Shown one piece after another: positions 53,474-64,000 of a stretch of 64,000 nt of DNA; position 1 is the stretch's first letter; every line of letters starts with the position of its first letter. The stretch comes from Neocallimastix sp. 'constans' (Eukaryota), in contig JBODTK010000001.1 in NCBI GenBank assembly GCA_050613775.1, positions 124,001 to 188,000 on the forward strand, in the 5' to 3' direction. The notes under the pieces are model-generated. The model was not told where the DNA came from. It ran no database searches and saw only the letters and a program-made list of their open reading frames with translations. The position numbers were made by a program, and so were the translations under genes.

Positions 53474-54107
53474 TATAAAAATTAAAAGTTTAATTATAAA
53501 AATTTTAATAACTATATAATTTATTAATTATATTATAAATAAAATTAGAATAAAAAATGTCTTTTTTTTTTTTTTTTTTTTTTTTATATGAAGAATTTAA
53601 TTTAATTCAATAACTAATAGATTAATTTTATATCCAACAATTTGAGTTTCCCAAATTAATTTAGTTTTATATATTTTGTTTTTGATTTTAATATAATAAA
53701 TATTATAATATTAATATTTTAATATATAGACCACACCATACAGCTTGTAAAAAAAATATATATATATATAAAAAAATGAAACAAAATTATAATCATAATT
53801 AATAAATTAAAAGTTTTAAGTCTATTATTACTAAAATATAATAATTTTAAGAATATATTTAATAATCCATAAATCAATACCATGTTTATATTAAAAAAAA
53901 AAAAAGTATATAAAGATTAGAAATTTTCTTATTTTTTTTTTTTTAATTCAATAATATAATATATTATTATATTTACTGTATTATTAAAATTATTAAAAAT
54001 TTTATATTTAATATTCACTGGTTGAATATATATTAAATTTATTAATTATTGATTAATTATATATTTTTTTGTAAAAAGAAAAAAAAAAAAAAAAAATATT
54101 TTTTAAA

Positions 54108-55091
54108 ATGAAATTACAACAAATTATTCCATTCGCTTTTTCTTTAGCTGCTTCTTTAGTTTCTGCTCAAAGTTTCTGTTCAAGTGCTCAACATTCAGGA
54201 ACAAGTGTTAAAGAAACTAGTAATAAGGTTGGTAACATTGGAGGTATTGGTTATGAATTATGGGCTGATGGTGGTAATAACAGTGCTACTTTCTATTCTG
54301 ATGGTTCTTTCACTTGTTCTTTCCAAGGTTCAAAGGATTATTTATGTCGTACTGGTCTCTCATTCGATAGTACTAAACCACATTCTCAAATTGGACATAT
54401 GTATGCTGATTTTAAACTCATTAAACAAAATATTTCCAATGTTGATTATTCTTATGTAGGTATTTATGGTTGGACTAGAAATCCTCTTGTTGAATTTTAC
54501 ATTGTTGATAATTGGCTTAGTCAATATCGTCCAGGTGATTGGGTTGGTAATAAGAAGCATGGAGATTATATGATTGATGGTGCTACTTACACTGTGTTTG
54601 AAAATGATCGTTTTGGACCATCTATTGATGGAGATACTAAATTCAAACAATATTTCAGTATTCGTCAACAAGCTCGTGATTGTGGTACTATTGATATTAC
54701 AGCACACTTTGAACAATGGGAAAAACTTGGAATGAGAATGGGTAATTTACATGAAGCCAAAGTATTAGGAGAAGCAGGTAGTAATGGAGCTGGTACTAGT
54801 GGTACAGCCGATTTCCCATATGCTAAAGTTTATATTGGACAAGGAAATGGAGGAGCTGGTAATGCTGCTGCACCAGCACCAGCCCCAGCTGCTAATAATA
54901 ATGGAGGTAATAACGGAGGTAATAATGGAGGAGATTGGAATAATTGGAACAACAATAACAACAACAATGGTTGGAATAATAATAATAATAACAATGGTTG
55001 GAATAATAATAATAACAATGGTTGGAATAATAACAACAATAATGGATGGAACAATTGGAATAATAACAATAATAATGGTTGGAATAATTGA
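54108..55091 (+). CDS. Secreted GH11 xylanase, copy D (327 aa; premature TGA removes the last 12 tail residues)
   Basis: TGG>TGA at 55089-55091; the remaining tail codons continue to TAA at 55125-55127. Catalytic domain intact. Confidence 0.93.
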   Translation: MKLQQIIPFAFSLAASLVSAQSFCSSAQHSGTSVKETSNKVGNIGGIGYELWADGGNNSATFYSDGSFTCSFQGSKDYLCRTGLSFDSTKPHSQIGHMYADFKLIKQNISNVDYSYVGIYGWTRNPLVEFYIVDNWLSQYRPGDWVGNKKHGDYMIDGATYTVFENDRFGPSIDGDTKFKQYFSIRQQARDCGTIDITAHFEQWEKLGMRMGNLHEAKVLGEAGSNGAGTSGTADFPYAKVYIGQGNGGAGNAAAPAPAPAANNNGGNNGGNNGGDWNNWNNNNNNNGWNNNNNNNGWNNNNNNGWNNNNNNGWNNWNNNNNNGWNN

Positions 55092-55483
55092 GGTAACAAC
55101 AACAATGGATGGCACAACTGGTACTAAGAACATTAATAAAATTCTTAATTAAATTCAATCATTTTTTCTTTATTTGTTAAATTCTTTATAAAAGGATATT
55201 ATTATTTTAGTAAATACTTAAAAATAAATAAAAATTTAGTAATATATAATTTTTTTAAATAATAAAATGTTTTATAAAAAATATGTAATATATGTGACGA
55301 TTATTATATTAGATAAAAAATGTAAATTATTATTGTAATAATAAATATTTAAAAAAAATTATAAATAAAAAAATTTTTTATTCTATTTAATAAAAATGCT
55401 TATTTTGCCATTCCATTATAATAATTTTTTTAATATATTTTATATTTTAATATATTTATTATATAACAAATGTTAAATATTAT

Positions 55484-55527
<44 letters not shown>

Positions 55528-57557
55528 AAAGGAAAAATCAATAAATTATTATTAATTTTTATTTAACATATTTCTTTTTTAATTTTATATTTTCATTTTA
55601 ATTTTATATTTCCTATTAAATTATAAAAAATATTTATGTAATATATTTATATTTTAATATTTCATTAAATACTTTTCCATCCTGGAATAATATCTTAAAT
55701 AAAATCAAAATAATAATAGTAATAATCATATAATTAGTGTATTTAGATTATTATAAATAAAAAATGGTAATATAGTAAGACAAATACTTTTTAAAAAATT
55801 AAAATATTTAATTTTAAAATATTAATTATTATAATGAAAAAAATTAAATATAAATATAAGTATAATTTATAAATTAAATAAAATAAATGTTTTAATTAAC
55901 TTAGAAATCAAAGGATAAATATTCAATAAATAAATGGATTCAATTAATACAGAAAATATATATGTATATAAATTATTATTTTTTTTAATTAAATAAAATT
56001 TTAGTAAAAATTAGCTTTTATGGCTTTTTTGCATTAACATCTAATAGTATTTTTTTAAAAAAATATGTCTATGAAATAAGCTCTACAAATAATATTTATT
56101 GAAGCTATTGACGATTCATTTTTTGAATAGGACATAGCATACTTTAATTAAAAACTAAATAACTCCATAAACATAAAAAAAGTATTTCATGAAAGTAATT
56201 CTTCTAATTTAATAAAACTTTTATTTTTATTATAGATACGAGTACCAAGCTTATAATCCTTATGATTTGAATCCTTAAAATACCTAAAATTTATATATTC
56301 ATCATCCTTAATTTTTGTTAACAATAACTTCGTAGGTTCAGTTCATATCATATGAACCATTGTTTTTTTATAGTAAATTTGCAATTGGGGATGACCAATA
56401 TCTATTCTTTTAATATAATCATGTATTAACATATGAATGTGATTATCTACATATCTTATTCTCTTAATAAATTTTGAGATGATTTCAATTACATTGTTTG
56501 AAATACAATATAGTTTTTATTGTATTATATTTAAACCATTAATAAAGATGTAGATGGATTTTATTATTTTAATTAAAGTTTTATATCAATTTAAATTTAT
56601 TTTTATATATATAAAAGTATCATAAATAAGAAATTATATTATTGATTATAATATATTAATTTATTATATCAAAATAAGAAAAATAAAAAGAATACAAAAT
56701 ATTAAATAAATAGACAAGATAATAAATTCATTAAAATAATGAATAAATTATATTAACTGATATTGATAAACTTAATAGAGAATTTACAGAGGTATTAAAT
56801 AATCTTTAATCTATCATTCTCCAGGTACTGGAAATCGTTTACTTCTTTATGGATTTTTTTAATTTTCATTAAGATTTTTAAAAAGAAAACTCTTATTCTG
56901 GTTAAAAGTCAGGAATCTATTTTGGAATTAAAGCAACGAATATCTTCATGGTATTCCTCCACTTTTATAATTATATATTTTAAAATAATATTAATAATAT
57001 TAAATAATAACTATATCTATATCTTTTAAATGTTTAAAGTTTTTACATAATTTTTATTTTTTAAAAAAAAAGAACTTTAATAATAAAATTTATAATATTT
57101 TAATAAATATTTACATTTATGATATAACTTTTTCTTTTAATGTTTTAATTTAAAATTCTGCAATAAAAAAATATATACTTAATGTTTTTATTATGTACTT
57201 AAAATAACTATAAATTTTATTAAATATAAAATTATTATATAAATTATTATGAATAATTTATATATTAAATATGATAACAAAATCAAAATTTTATAAACTT
57301 CAATTATGTGTTTTTTATTTCAAATAAAACATATTTTTATTTATTATTTTTATATATTTATAAATACAATTAATCTTTATAATTTATATATATATATTAC
57401 ATATATTTTACAATACATTTTATTATTTAAACAAATTATAAATTATTAAGTTTATATTTATAATAAAGTATTTACTAAAATGATAATATTCTTTTTTAAA
57501 GAATTTAACAAATAAAGAAAAAATGATTGAATTTAATTAAGAACTTTATTAATGTTC

Positions 57558-58559
57558 TTAGTACCAGTTGTGCCATCCATTGTTGTTGTTACCCCAATTA
57601 TTCCAACCATTATTATTGTTATTATTCCAATTGTTCCATCCATTATTGTTGTTATTATTCCAACCATTGTTATTATTATTATTATTCCAACCATTGTTGT
57701 TGTTATTGTTGTTCCAATTATTCCAATCTCCTCCATTATTACCTCCGTTATTACCTCCATTATTATTAGCAGCTGGAGCTGGGGCTGGGGCTGGTGCAGC
57801 AGCATTACCAGCTCCTCCATTTCCTTGTCCAATATAAACTTTAGCATATGGGAAATCGGCTGTACCACTAGTACCAGCTCCATTACTACCTGCTTCTCCT
57901 AATACTTTGGCTTCATGTAAATTACCCATTCTCATTCCAAGTTTTTCCCATTGTTCAAAGTGTGCTGTAATATCAATAGTACCACAATCACGAGCTTGTT
58001 GACGAATACTGAAATATTGTTTGAAATTAGTATCTCCATCAATAGATGGTCCTAAACGATCATTTTCAAACACAGTGTAAGTAGCACCATCAATCATATA
58101 ATCTCCATGCTTCTTATTACCAACCCAATCACCTGGACGATATTGACTAAGCCAATTATCAACAATGTAAAATTCAACAAGAGGATTTCTAGTCCAACCA
58201 TAAATACCTACATAAGAATAATCAACATTGGAAATGTTTTGTTTAATGAGTTTAAAATCAGCATACATATGTCCAATTTGAGAATGTGGTTTAGTACTAT
58301 CGAATGAGAGACCAGTACGACATAAATAATCCTTTGAACCTTGGAAAGAACAAGTGAAAGAACCATCAGAATAGAAAGTAGCACTATTATTACCACCATC
58401 AGCCCATAATTCATAACCAATACCTCCAATGTTACCAACCTTATTACTAGTTTCTTTAACACTCGTTCCTGAATGTTGAGCACTTGAACAAAAACTTTGA
58501 GCAGAAACTAAAGAAGCAGCTAAAGAAAAAGCGAATGGAATAATTTGTTGTAATTTCAT
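57558..58559 (-). CDS. Secreted GH11 xylanase, copy E (333 aa)
   Basis: One extra AP in the linker, one fewer tail repeat, and F>L in DRLGPS. Confidence 0.96.
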   Translation of the reverse strand: MKLQQIIPFAFSLAASLVSAQSFCSSAQHSGTSVKETSNKVGNIGGIGYELWADGGNNSATFYSDGSFTCSFQGSKDYLCRTGLSFDSTKPHSQIGHMYADFKLIKQNISNVDYSYVGIYGWTRNPLVEFYIVDNWLSQYRPGDWVGNKKHGDYMIDGATYTVFENDRLGPSIDGDTNFKQYFSIRQQARDCGTIDITAHFEQWEKLGMRMGNLHEAKVLGEAGSNGAGTSGTADFPYAKVYIGQGNGGAGNAAAPAPAPAPAANNNGGNNGGNNGGDWNNWNNNNNNNGWNNNNNNNGWNNNNNNGWNNWNNNNNNGWNNWGNNNNGWHNWY

Positions 58560-60539
58560 TTTAAAAAATATTTTTTTTTTTTTTACAAAAAGATATTTAA
58601 TTAATCAATAATTAATAAATTCAATATATATTCAACCAGTGAATATTAAATATAAAATTTTTAATAATTTTAATAATACAGTAAATATAATAATATATTA
58701 TATTATTGAATAAAAAAAAAAAATAAGAAAATTTCTAATCTTTATATACTTTTTTTTTTTTTTTTTTAATATAAATATGGTATTGATTTTATGAATTATT
58801 AAATGTATTCTTAAAATTATTATATTTTAGTAATAATAGACTTAAAACTTTTTAATTTATTAATTATGATTATATTTTTGTTTAATTTTTTTATATATAT
58901 AATTTTTTTTTTCTAGCTGTATGGTGTGGCCTATATATTAAAATATTAATATTTATTATATTAAAATGAAAACTAAAATATATAAAACTAAATTAATTTG
59001 GGAAACTCATATTGTTGAATATAAAATTAAATTATTGGTTATTAAATTAAATTAAATTAAATTAAATTCTTTATAAAAAAAAAAAAAAAACATTTTTTTT
59101 AATTTATTTTGTTTTATTATTATTATTTTTTTACATTATTTTTTTTGTTATATTATATAATTATTAAATTACATACTTTTTAAAATTTTTGTAATTAAAC
59201 TTATAAAAATTATTAATTTTTTTTTTGATTGTTTTTTAATGAAAAAAATTATTAAAAATTATATATTATGAAATTATTTTTTTTTTAAAAAAAAAGTGTA
59301 AGTAAAAAATTAAAATTAAATAATATTAAATAATATTTACAAAATAGTTAAAAAAAAAATAATTAAATAAATAAATATATTTTGATATGTTGATGATCAA
59401 GAGATGAATATCATTTTTATATATATATGATATTAAAACAAATTGAAAAAAAATATGGTTATTATCACATAGAAAAATATATAAAAGTATTGAATGAAAA
59501 TCCCTTTAAAAAGTATGTAACATACTAAAGAAATTTTTTAAATATTAACATTTTATTATATAATAATTTTTAAAAATTTATCTTATTATTTAATATAAAT
59601 AAATAAATTAATAAATATTTACAAAAGTACCTTATCATTTTATCATAATAAAATCAAAAAGAAATTATTGAAAAAAAATATTTTAATTATCTACATAAAA
59701 ATATTTTTATAATAATTAATAATATAATAATTTTAATTTTTATACCTTTAATTAAAAATTATTTTTTTTTTATTTTTAAATAAGCAAAAAATAATTATTA
59801 ATTATTTTATATAATTAAATATTATAAATATGAAAGAGAAAATGAATTATACAAAATATATATATAAAAACAATTTAATTTAAATATATTATCAGTAATT
59901 AAAATATAAATAAAAAAATTAATAAAGAATTATAAAATTAAAACTTTAAAGAATTGTTTCCTTTTTAAATATTAATTTATCTATTAATTTGTATTTTAAA
60001 TCAATTTATGTTGACTTTAATTATCATATAAATTGAGACTTTGAATTTATGATATTAATGAAAAAATAGCATCATTTTTTATACATATTTCAAGGACCAA
60101 TGAAATAATTTGTTTTTTAATGTTTTGCCGAGATATATTTGACACTCAATAACCATGTACATAAATAAATTTATCTTGTTTCCTTCTTTCATTTATTTAT
60201 TTTAAATATTAAATATAAATAATAATAATAATTTATTAATCATTATCATTATATATATTAAAATCTTATATAAAATTAAAACTACATTATAAACGGCAAA
60301 ATATTTTAATATAAAATTTTATAAAAATAAGGTTAGTTTTTATCCAAAAATTATATTAAATTGACCAAATTTATTTAAAAAAAAAAAAATTAAAAATTCT
60401 TGAATTTATTCGTTATATTTATATTAATATCATAATTCATATTAAAGTCATAATTACTATATATACATTAAAATGTAGTACAATTTAAATATAAAATAGA
60501 AACAAATAAAAAAATGATTAAATTTGCAAAAATTAATTA

Positions 60540-61089
60540 TGATATACAACTCAAAAGTTCGATGTACTTTTGTTGGGATTTATTTATTAAATTTATTAGT
60601 TTATTATTTATTTATTTATTTAATTTTATATAAAAACTACATATAATTAAAAAGACTATTTAACAACTTTCTTATTCTTTTAATTACAAACTAACTTAAC
60701 ATAATATAACTTTTACACAACAACGACGACTACACGACTAGCCCATCTCTTAATTCAGAGAAATGCTTTATTTTTATGTTATTTAGTTATAATTAACTAT
60801 TTAATTAATTGTTCTTGTGATTAGAATAAACTATTAATAATTATTATTTAAGGAAATATTTAATAACTATATAAATATAAATATAAAATAATAAGAATAT
60901 AATTAAAACATTGATTTATGCTATAAAATTTATTATTAATTAAATATATAATTAATATATAAAATCAAGCCATATATTGAAATTGTTGTAAAATCATTAG
61001 ATTTAAATTTGATTTATGACATTAATTTATGTTTGAATAATAAAACTAATTTTATATTAATTAAGGTTTGAATATTTCATTTTATATCA
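60540..61089. mobile_element. 550-bp insertion with TG...CA termini and 4-bp TSD (solo LTR or MITE-like)
   Basis: Begins TGATATA, ends TATATCA. ATTA is duplicated at 60536-60539 and 61090-61093. The empty site aaaattaattataaattt is at ~46383-46400 in the paralogous spacer. Confidence 0.85.
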
Positions 61090-61445
61090 ATTATAAATTT
61101 AAATTTTTGAATTTAATTATTTTAATATATTCATAAAATAATTAAAAATAAAATTATAGAGTAAAAAATAAAATTATAGAGTAATTAATATTTAATAATA
61201 AAAAGTAATGTATAATCTTAATATCTTAATATTTATTATGATTTATGAGAAAAGTATTTAAAGATTAGAAATTCTTTTTTTTTTTTTAATTCAAAAATAT
61301 AATATATTATTATATTTACTGTAATATTAAAATATTAAAAATTTTATATTTAATATTCACTGGTTGAATATATATTGAATTTATTAATTATTGATTAATT
61401 AAATATCTTTTTGTAAAGAAAAAAAAAAAATATATATTTTTTAAA

Positions 61446-62465
61446 ATGAAATTACAACAAATTATTCCATTCGCTTTTTCTTTAGCTGCTTCTTTAGTTT
61501 CTGCTCAAAGTTTCTGTTCAAGTGCTCAACATTCAGGAACAAGTGTTAAAGAAACTAGTAATAAGGTTGGTAACATTGGAGGTATTGGTTATGAATTATG
61601 GGCTGATGGTGGTAATAATAGTGCTACTTTCTATTCTGATGGTTCTTTCACTTGTTCTTTCCAAGGTTCAAAGGATTATTTATGTCGTACTGGTCTCTCA
61701 TTCGATAGTACTAAACCACATTCTCAAATTGGACATATGTATGCTGATTTTAAACTCATTAAGCAAAATATTTCCAATGTTGATTATTCTTATGTAGGTA
61801 TTTATGGTTGGACTAGAAATCCTCTTGTTGAATTTTACATTGTTGATAATTGGCTTAGTCAATATCGTCCAGGTGATTGGGTTGGTAATAAGAAGCATGG
61901 AGATTATATGATTGATGGTGCTACTTACACTGTGTTTGAAAATGATCGTTTTGGACCATCTATTGATGGAGATACTAATTTCAAACAATATTTCAGTATT
62001 CGTCAACAAGCTCGTGATTGTGGTACTATTGATATTACAGCACACTTTGAACAATGGGAAAAACTTGGAATGAGAATGGGTAATTTACATGAAGCCAAAG
62101 TATTAGGAGAAGCAGGTAGTAATGGAGCTGGTACTAGTGGTACAGCCGATTTCCCATATGCTAAAGTTTATATTGGACAAGGAAATGGAGGAGCTGGTAA
62201 TGCTGCTGCACCAGCCCCAGCCCCAGCTGCTAATAATAATGGAGGTAATAACGGAGGTAATAATGGAGGAGATTGGAATAATTGGAACAACAATAACAAC
62301 AACAATGGTTGGAATAATAATAATAATAACAATGGTTGGAATAATAATAATAACAATGGTTGGAATAATAACAACAATAATGGATGGAACAATTGGAATA
62401 ATAACAATAATAATGGTTGGAATAATTGGGGTAACAACAACAATGGATGGCACAACTGGTACTAA
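61446..62465 (+). CDS. Secreted GH11 xylanase, copy F (339 aa)
   Basis: Near-identical to copy B. Confidence 0.96.
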   Translation: MKLQQIIPFAFSLAASLVSAQSFCSSAQHSGTSVKETSNKVGNIGGIGYELWADGGNNSATFYSDGSFTCSFQGSKDYLCRTGLSFDSTKPHSQIGHMYADFKLIKQNISNVDYSYVGIYGWTRNPLVEFYIVDNWLSQYRPGDWVGNKKHGDYMIDGATYTVFENDRFGPSIDGDTNFKQYFSIRQQARDCGTIDITAHFEQWEKLGMRMGNLHEAKVLGEAGSNGAGTSGTADFPYAKVYIGQGNGGAGNAAAPAPAPAANNNGGNNGGNNGGDWNNWNNNNNNNGWNNNNNNNGWNNNNNNGWNNNNNNGWNNWNNNNNNGWNNWGNNNNGWHNWY

Positions 62466-63039
62466 GAACATTAATAAAGTTCTCAATTAAACTCAATCAT
62501 TTTTTCTTTATTTGTTAAATTCTTTAAAATGAATATTATCATTTTAGTATATACTTAAAAATAAATATAAACTAATAATTTATACTTTTTTTAAATAATA
62601 AAATGTTTTATAAAAAATATGTAATATATGTAACGATTATTATATTAGATAAAAAATGTAAATTATTATTGTATTAATAAATATTTAAAAAAAATAATAA
62701 ATAAAAAAAATATTTTTATTTTATTCAATGAAATTGTATATTTTACCATTCCTTTTGACTTTTACGCTGAATATTTTATATTTATATGTTATATATGTAT
62801 TAAATGTTTATTATATATTTTTTTACAAAGAACAATCGATTTTATTTTTATTTTTAATTCTTTTAGTAATGCTTTATTATTAATTTATTTACTTTATTTT
62901 ATATTCTTTTTAATTTTTTTTATTTTTTTATTTTTTTATTTTATTTTATTTTATTTTATTTTATTTTATTTTATTGATATTATATTTTATTTTATTAATA
63001 TTTATATATTTTGTGATTTCCTTTCTTTATAGTGTTTCT

Positions 63040-64000
63040 TTATAAATTTAATTCTCGTTTAATCATCTCTACTTTATTCTTGGCTATACGATGCTCCCTC
63101 ACTAAATTCCAAATTTGGAACTCTCTTGGTGATATCGGTGGTAACCTCAATTCGGATATCTTTTTAACAGTAGGGGAGGAAGTAGTAGCAGTCGTGGTCA
63201 TGGTAGTAGTAGTAGACGGTGAGGTGGTTAAAGTAGCGGAGAATGATGAAGAAATAGGTGGTGTAAGTGCTTTAGTTTCATTATTATTATTACTTTTACT
63301 ACTATTATTTCTATGATTATAAATATCCTTTTCATTATCCTTCTCTTCATTTATTTTCTCTTTCTTTTTTCCTTCCTTTTCTTTTATCTTTATCTTCTCT
63401 ACTGTTTCATCAATAACATTATTATCATCATCATTATCACCATCATCAAAATATCCTTTTTTAGAGGTTGAGGAAGTGCGGGTATTGTTCGTTGCTATCT
63501 TTACAGAGGATTCAATGTCACGGTCATTATCATTATCATTATAATTGTCATAGCCAAAGTCAGTGTCATCGTCATCGAAATTAACATTATCATCAATATT
63601 ATCATTGTCATCAATATTATCATTGTCATTTTCGTTTTGTATTATTTCATTGTTCATCTCACTTTTCATTTTATTTTCTGTTTCACCCCTTATTTCATTT
63701 TCTATTTCACTTTTCATTTCACTCTTCATTTCACTTTCATTAGTTTTAGTTTTTTCTTTTTCTTTTTCTTCTTCTTCTTCATGACCATGAAAACTATTAT
63801 GATGATATTGATGATAATGTTGATTATTTTTATTTTTATTTTTAATATTCTTTTTACTTTTACTTTTAATTCCATTCTTTTTTATTGGTTTAGGAATAAA
63901 TGATCGTGTCTTGCTGGTGACTATGGTGGTACTGGCATTACCCTCTGTCTTCTTATTTTCTTTATTTACTTTATTTTTTTTATTTTCTTTTTTCTCTGTA
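63040..64000 (-). CDS. 3' part of an uncharacterised low-complexity protein gene (open at the window edge)
   Basis: The frame is open from 63999 (TEKKENKKNK...HYHQYHHNSFHGHEEEEE...) through D/N/T-rich tracts to a complex C-terminus ISELRLPPISPREFQIWNLVREHRIAKNKVEMIKRELNL*. Confidence 0.7.
   Translation of the reverse strand, partial: TEKKENKKNKVNKENKKTEGNASTTIVTSKTRSFIPKPIKKNGIKSKSKKNIKNKNKNNQHYHQYHHNSFHGHEEEEEKEKEKTKTNESEMKSEMKSEIENEIRGETENKMKSEMNNEIIQNENDNDNIDDNDNIDDNVNFDDDDTDFGYDNYNDNDNDRDIESSVKIATNNTRTSSTSKKGYFDDGDNDDDNNVIDETVEKIKIKEKEGKKKEKINEEKDNEKDIYNHRNNSSKSNNNNETKALTPPISSSFSATLTTSPSTTTTMTTTATTSSPTVKKISELRLPPISPREFQIWNLVREHRIAKNKVEMIKRELNL

Noticed and set aside
43346..62496. Recurrent overlapping ORFs (MFLVPVV.., MELVLVV.., MCHPLLL.., MNLIKNF.., MFKVCC.., MLNIQE..)
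   Set aside because: Alternative-frame shadows of the xylanase repeats; they recur only because the genes are duplicated.

Overview
Extremely AT-rich eukaryotic DNA full of homopolymers and microsatellites. It is inferred to come from an anaerobic gut fungus (Neocallimastigomycota), based on composition, spliceosomal introns, CBM18 repeats and rumen-type intronless GH11 genes. From left to right: a decayed Mutator-like remnant; a two-exon ~2,111-aa C2H2 zinc-finger gene with Nrg1-like fingers; a ~16-kb gene-free satellite tract containing a double palindrome; a decayed LINE whose ORF2 appears split in two by a ~4.9-kb insert carrying a DUF2828-like pseudogene and a CBM18 gene fragment; a five-exon TEX264/GyrI-like membrane protein gene missed by the ORF track; a Copia pol remnant; a ~20-kb array of six near-identical secreted GH11 xylanases in strictly alternating orientation; and the 3' end of a low-complexity gene. 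The xylanases have Asn/Trp-repeat tails instead of dockerins, two promoter classes, two young insertions whose empty sites are visible in paralogous spacers, and traces of a lost seventh copy. Family calls are from motif recognition by eye, not database searches.
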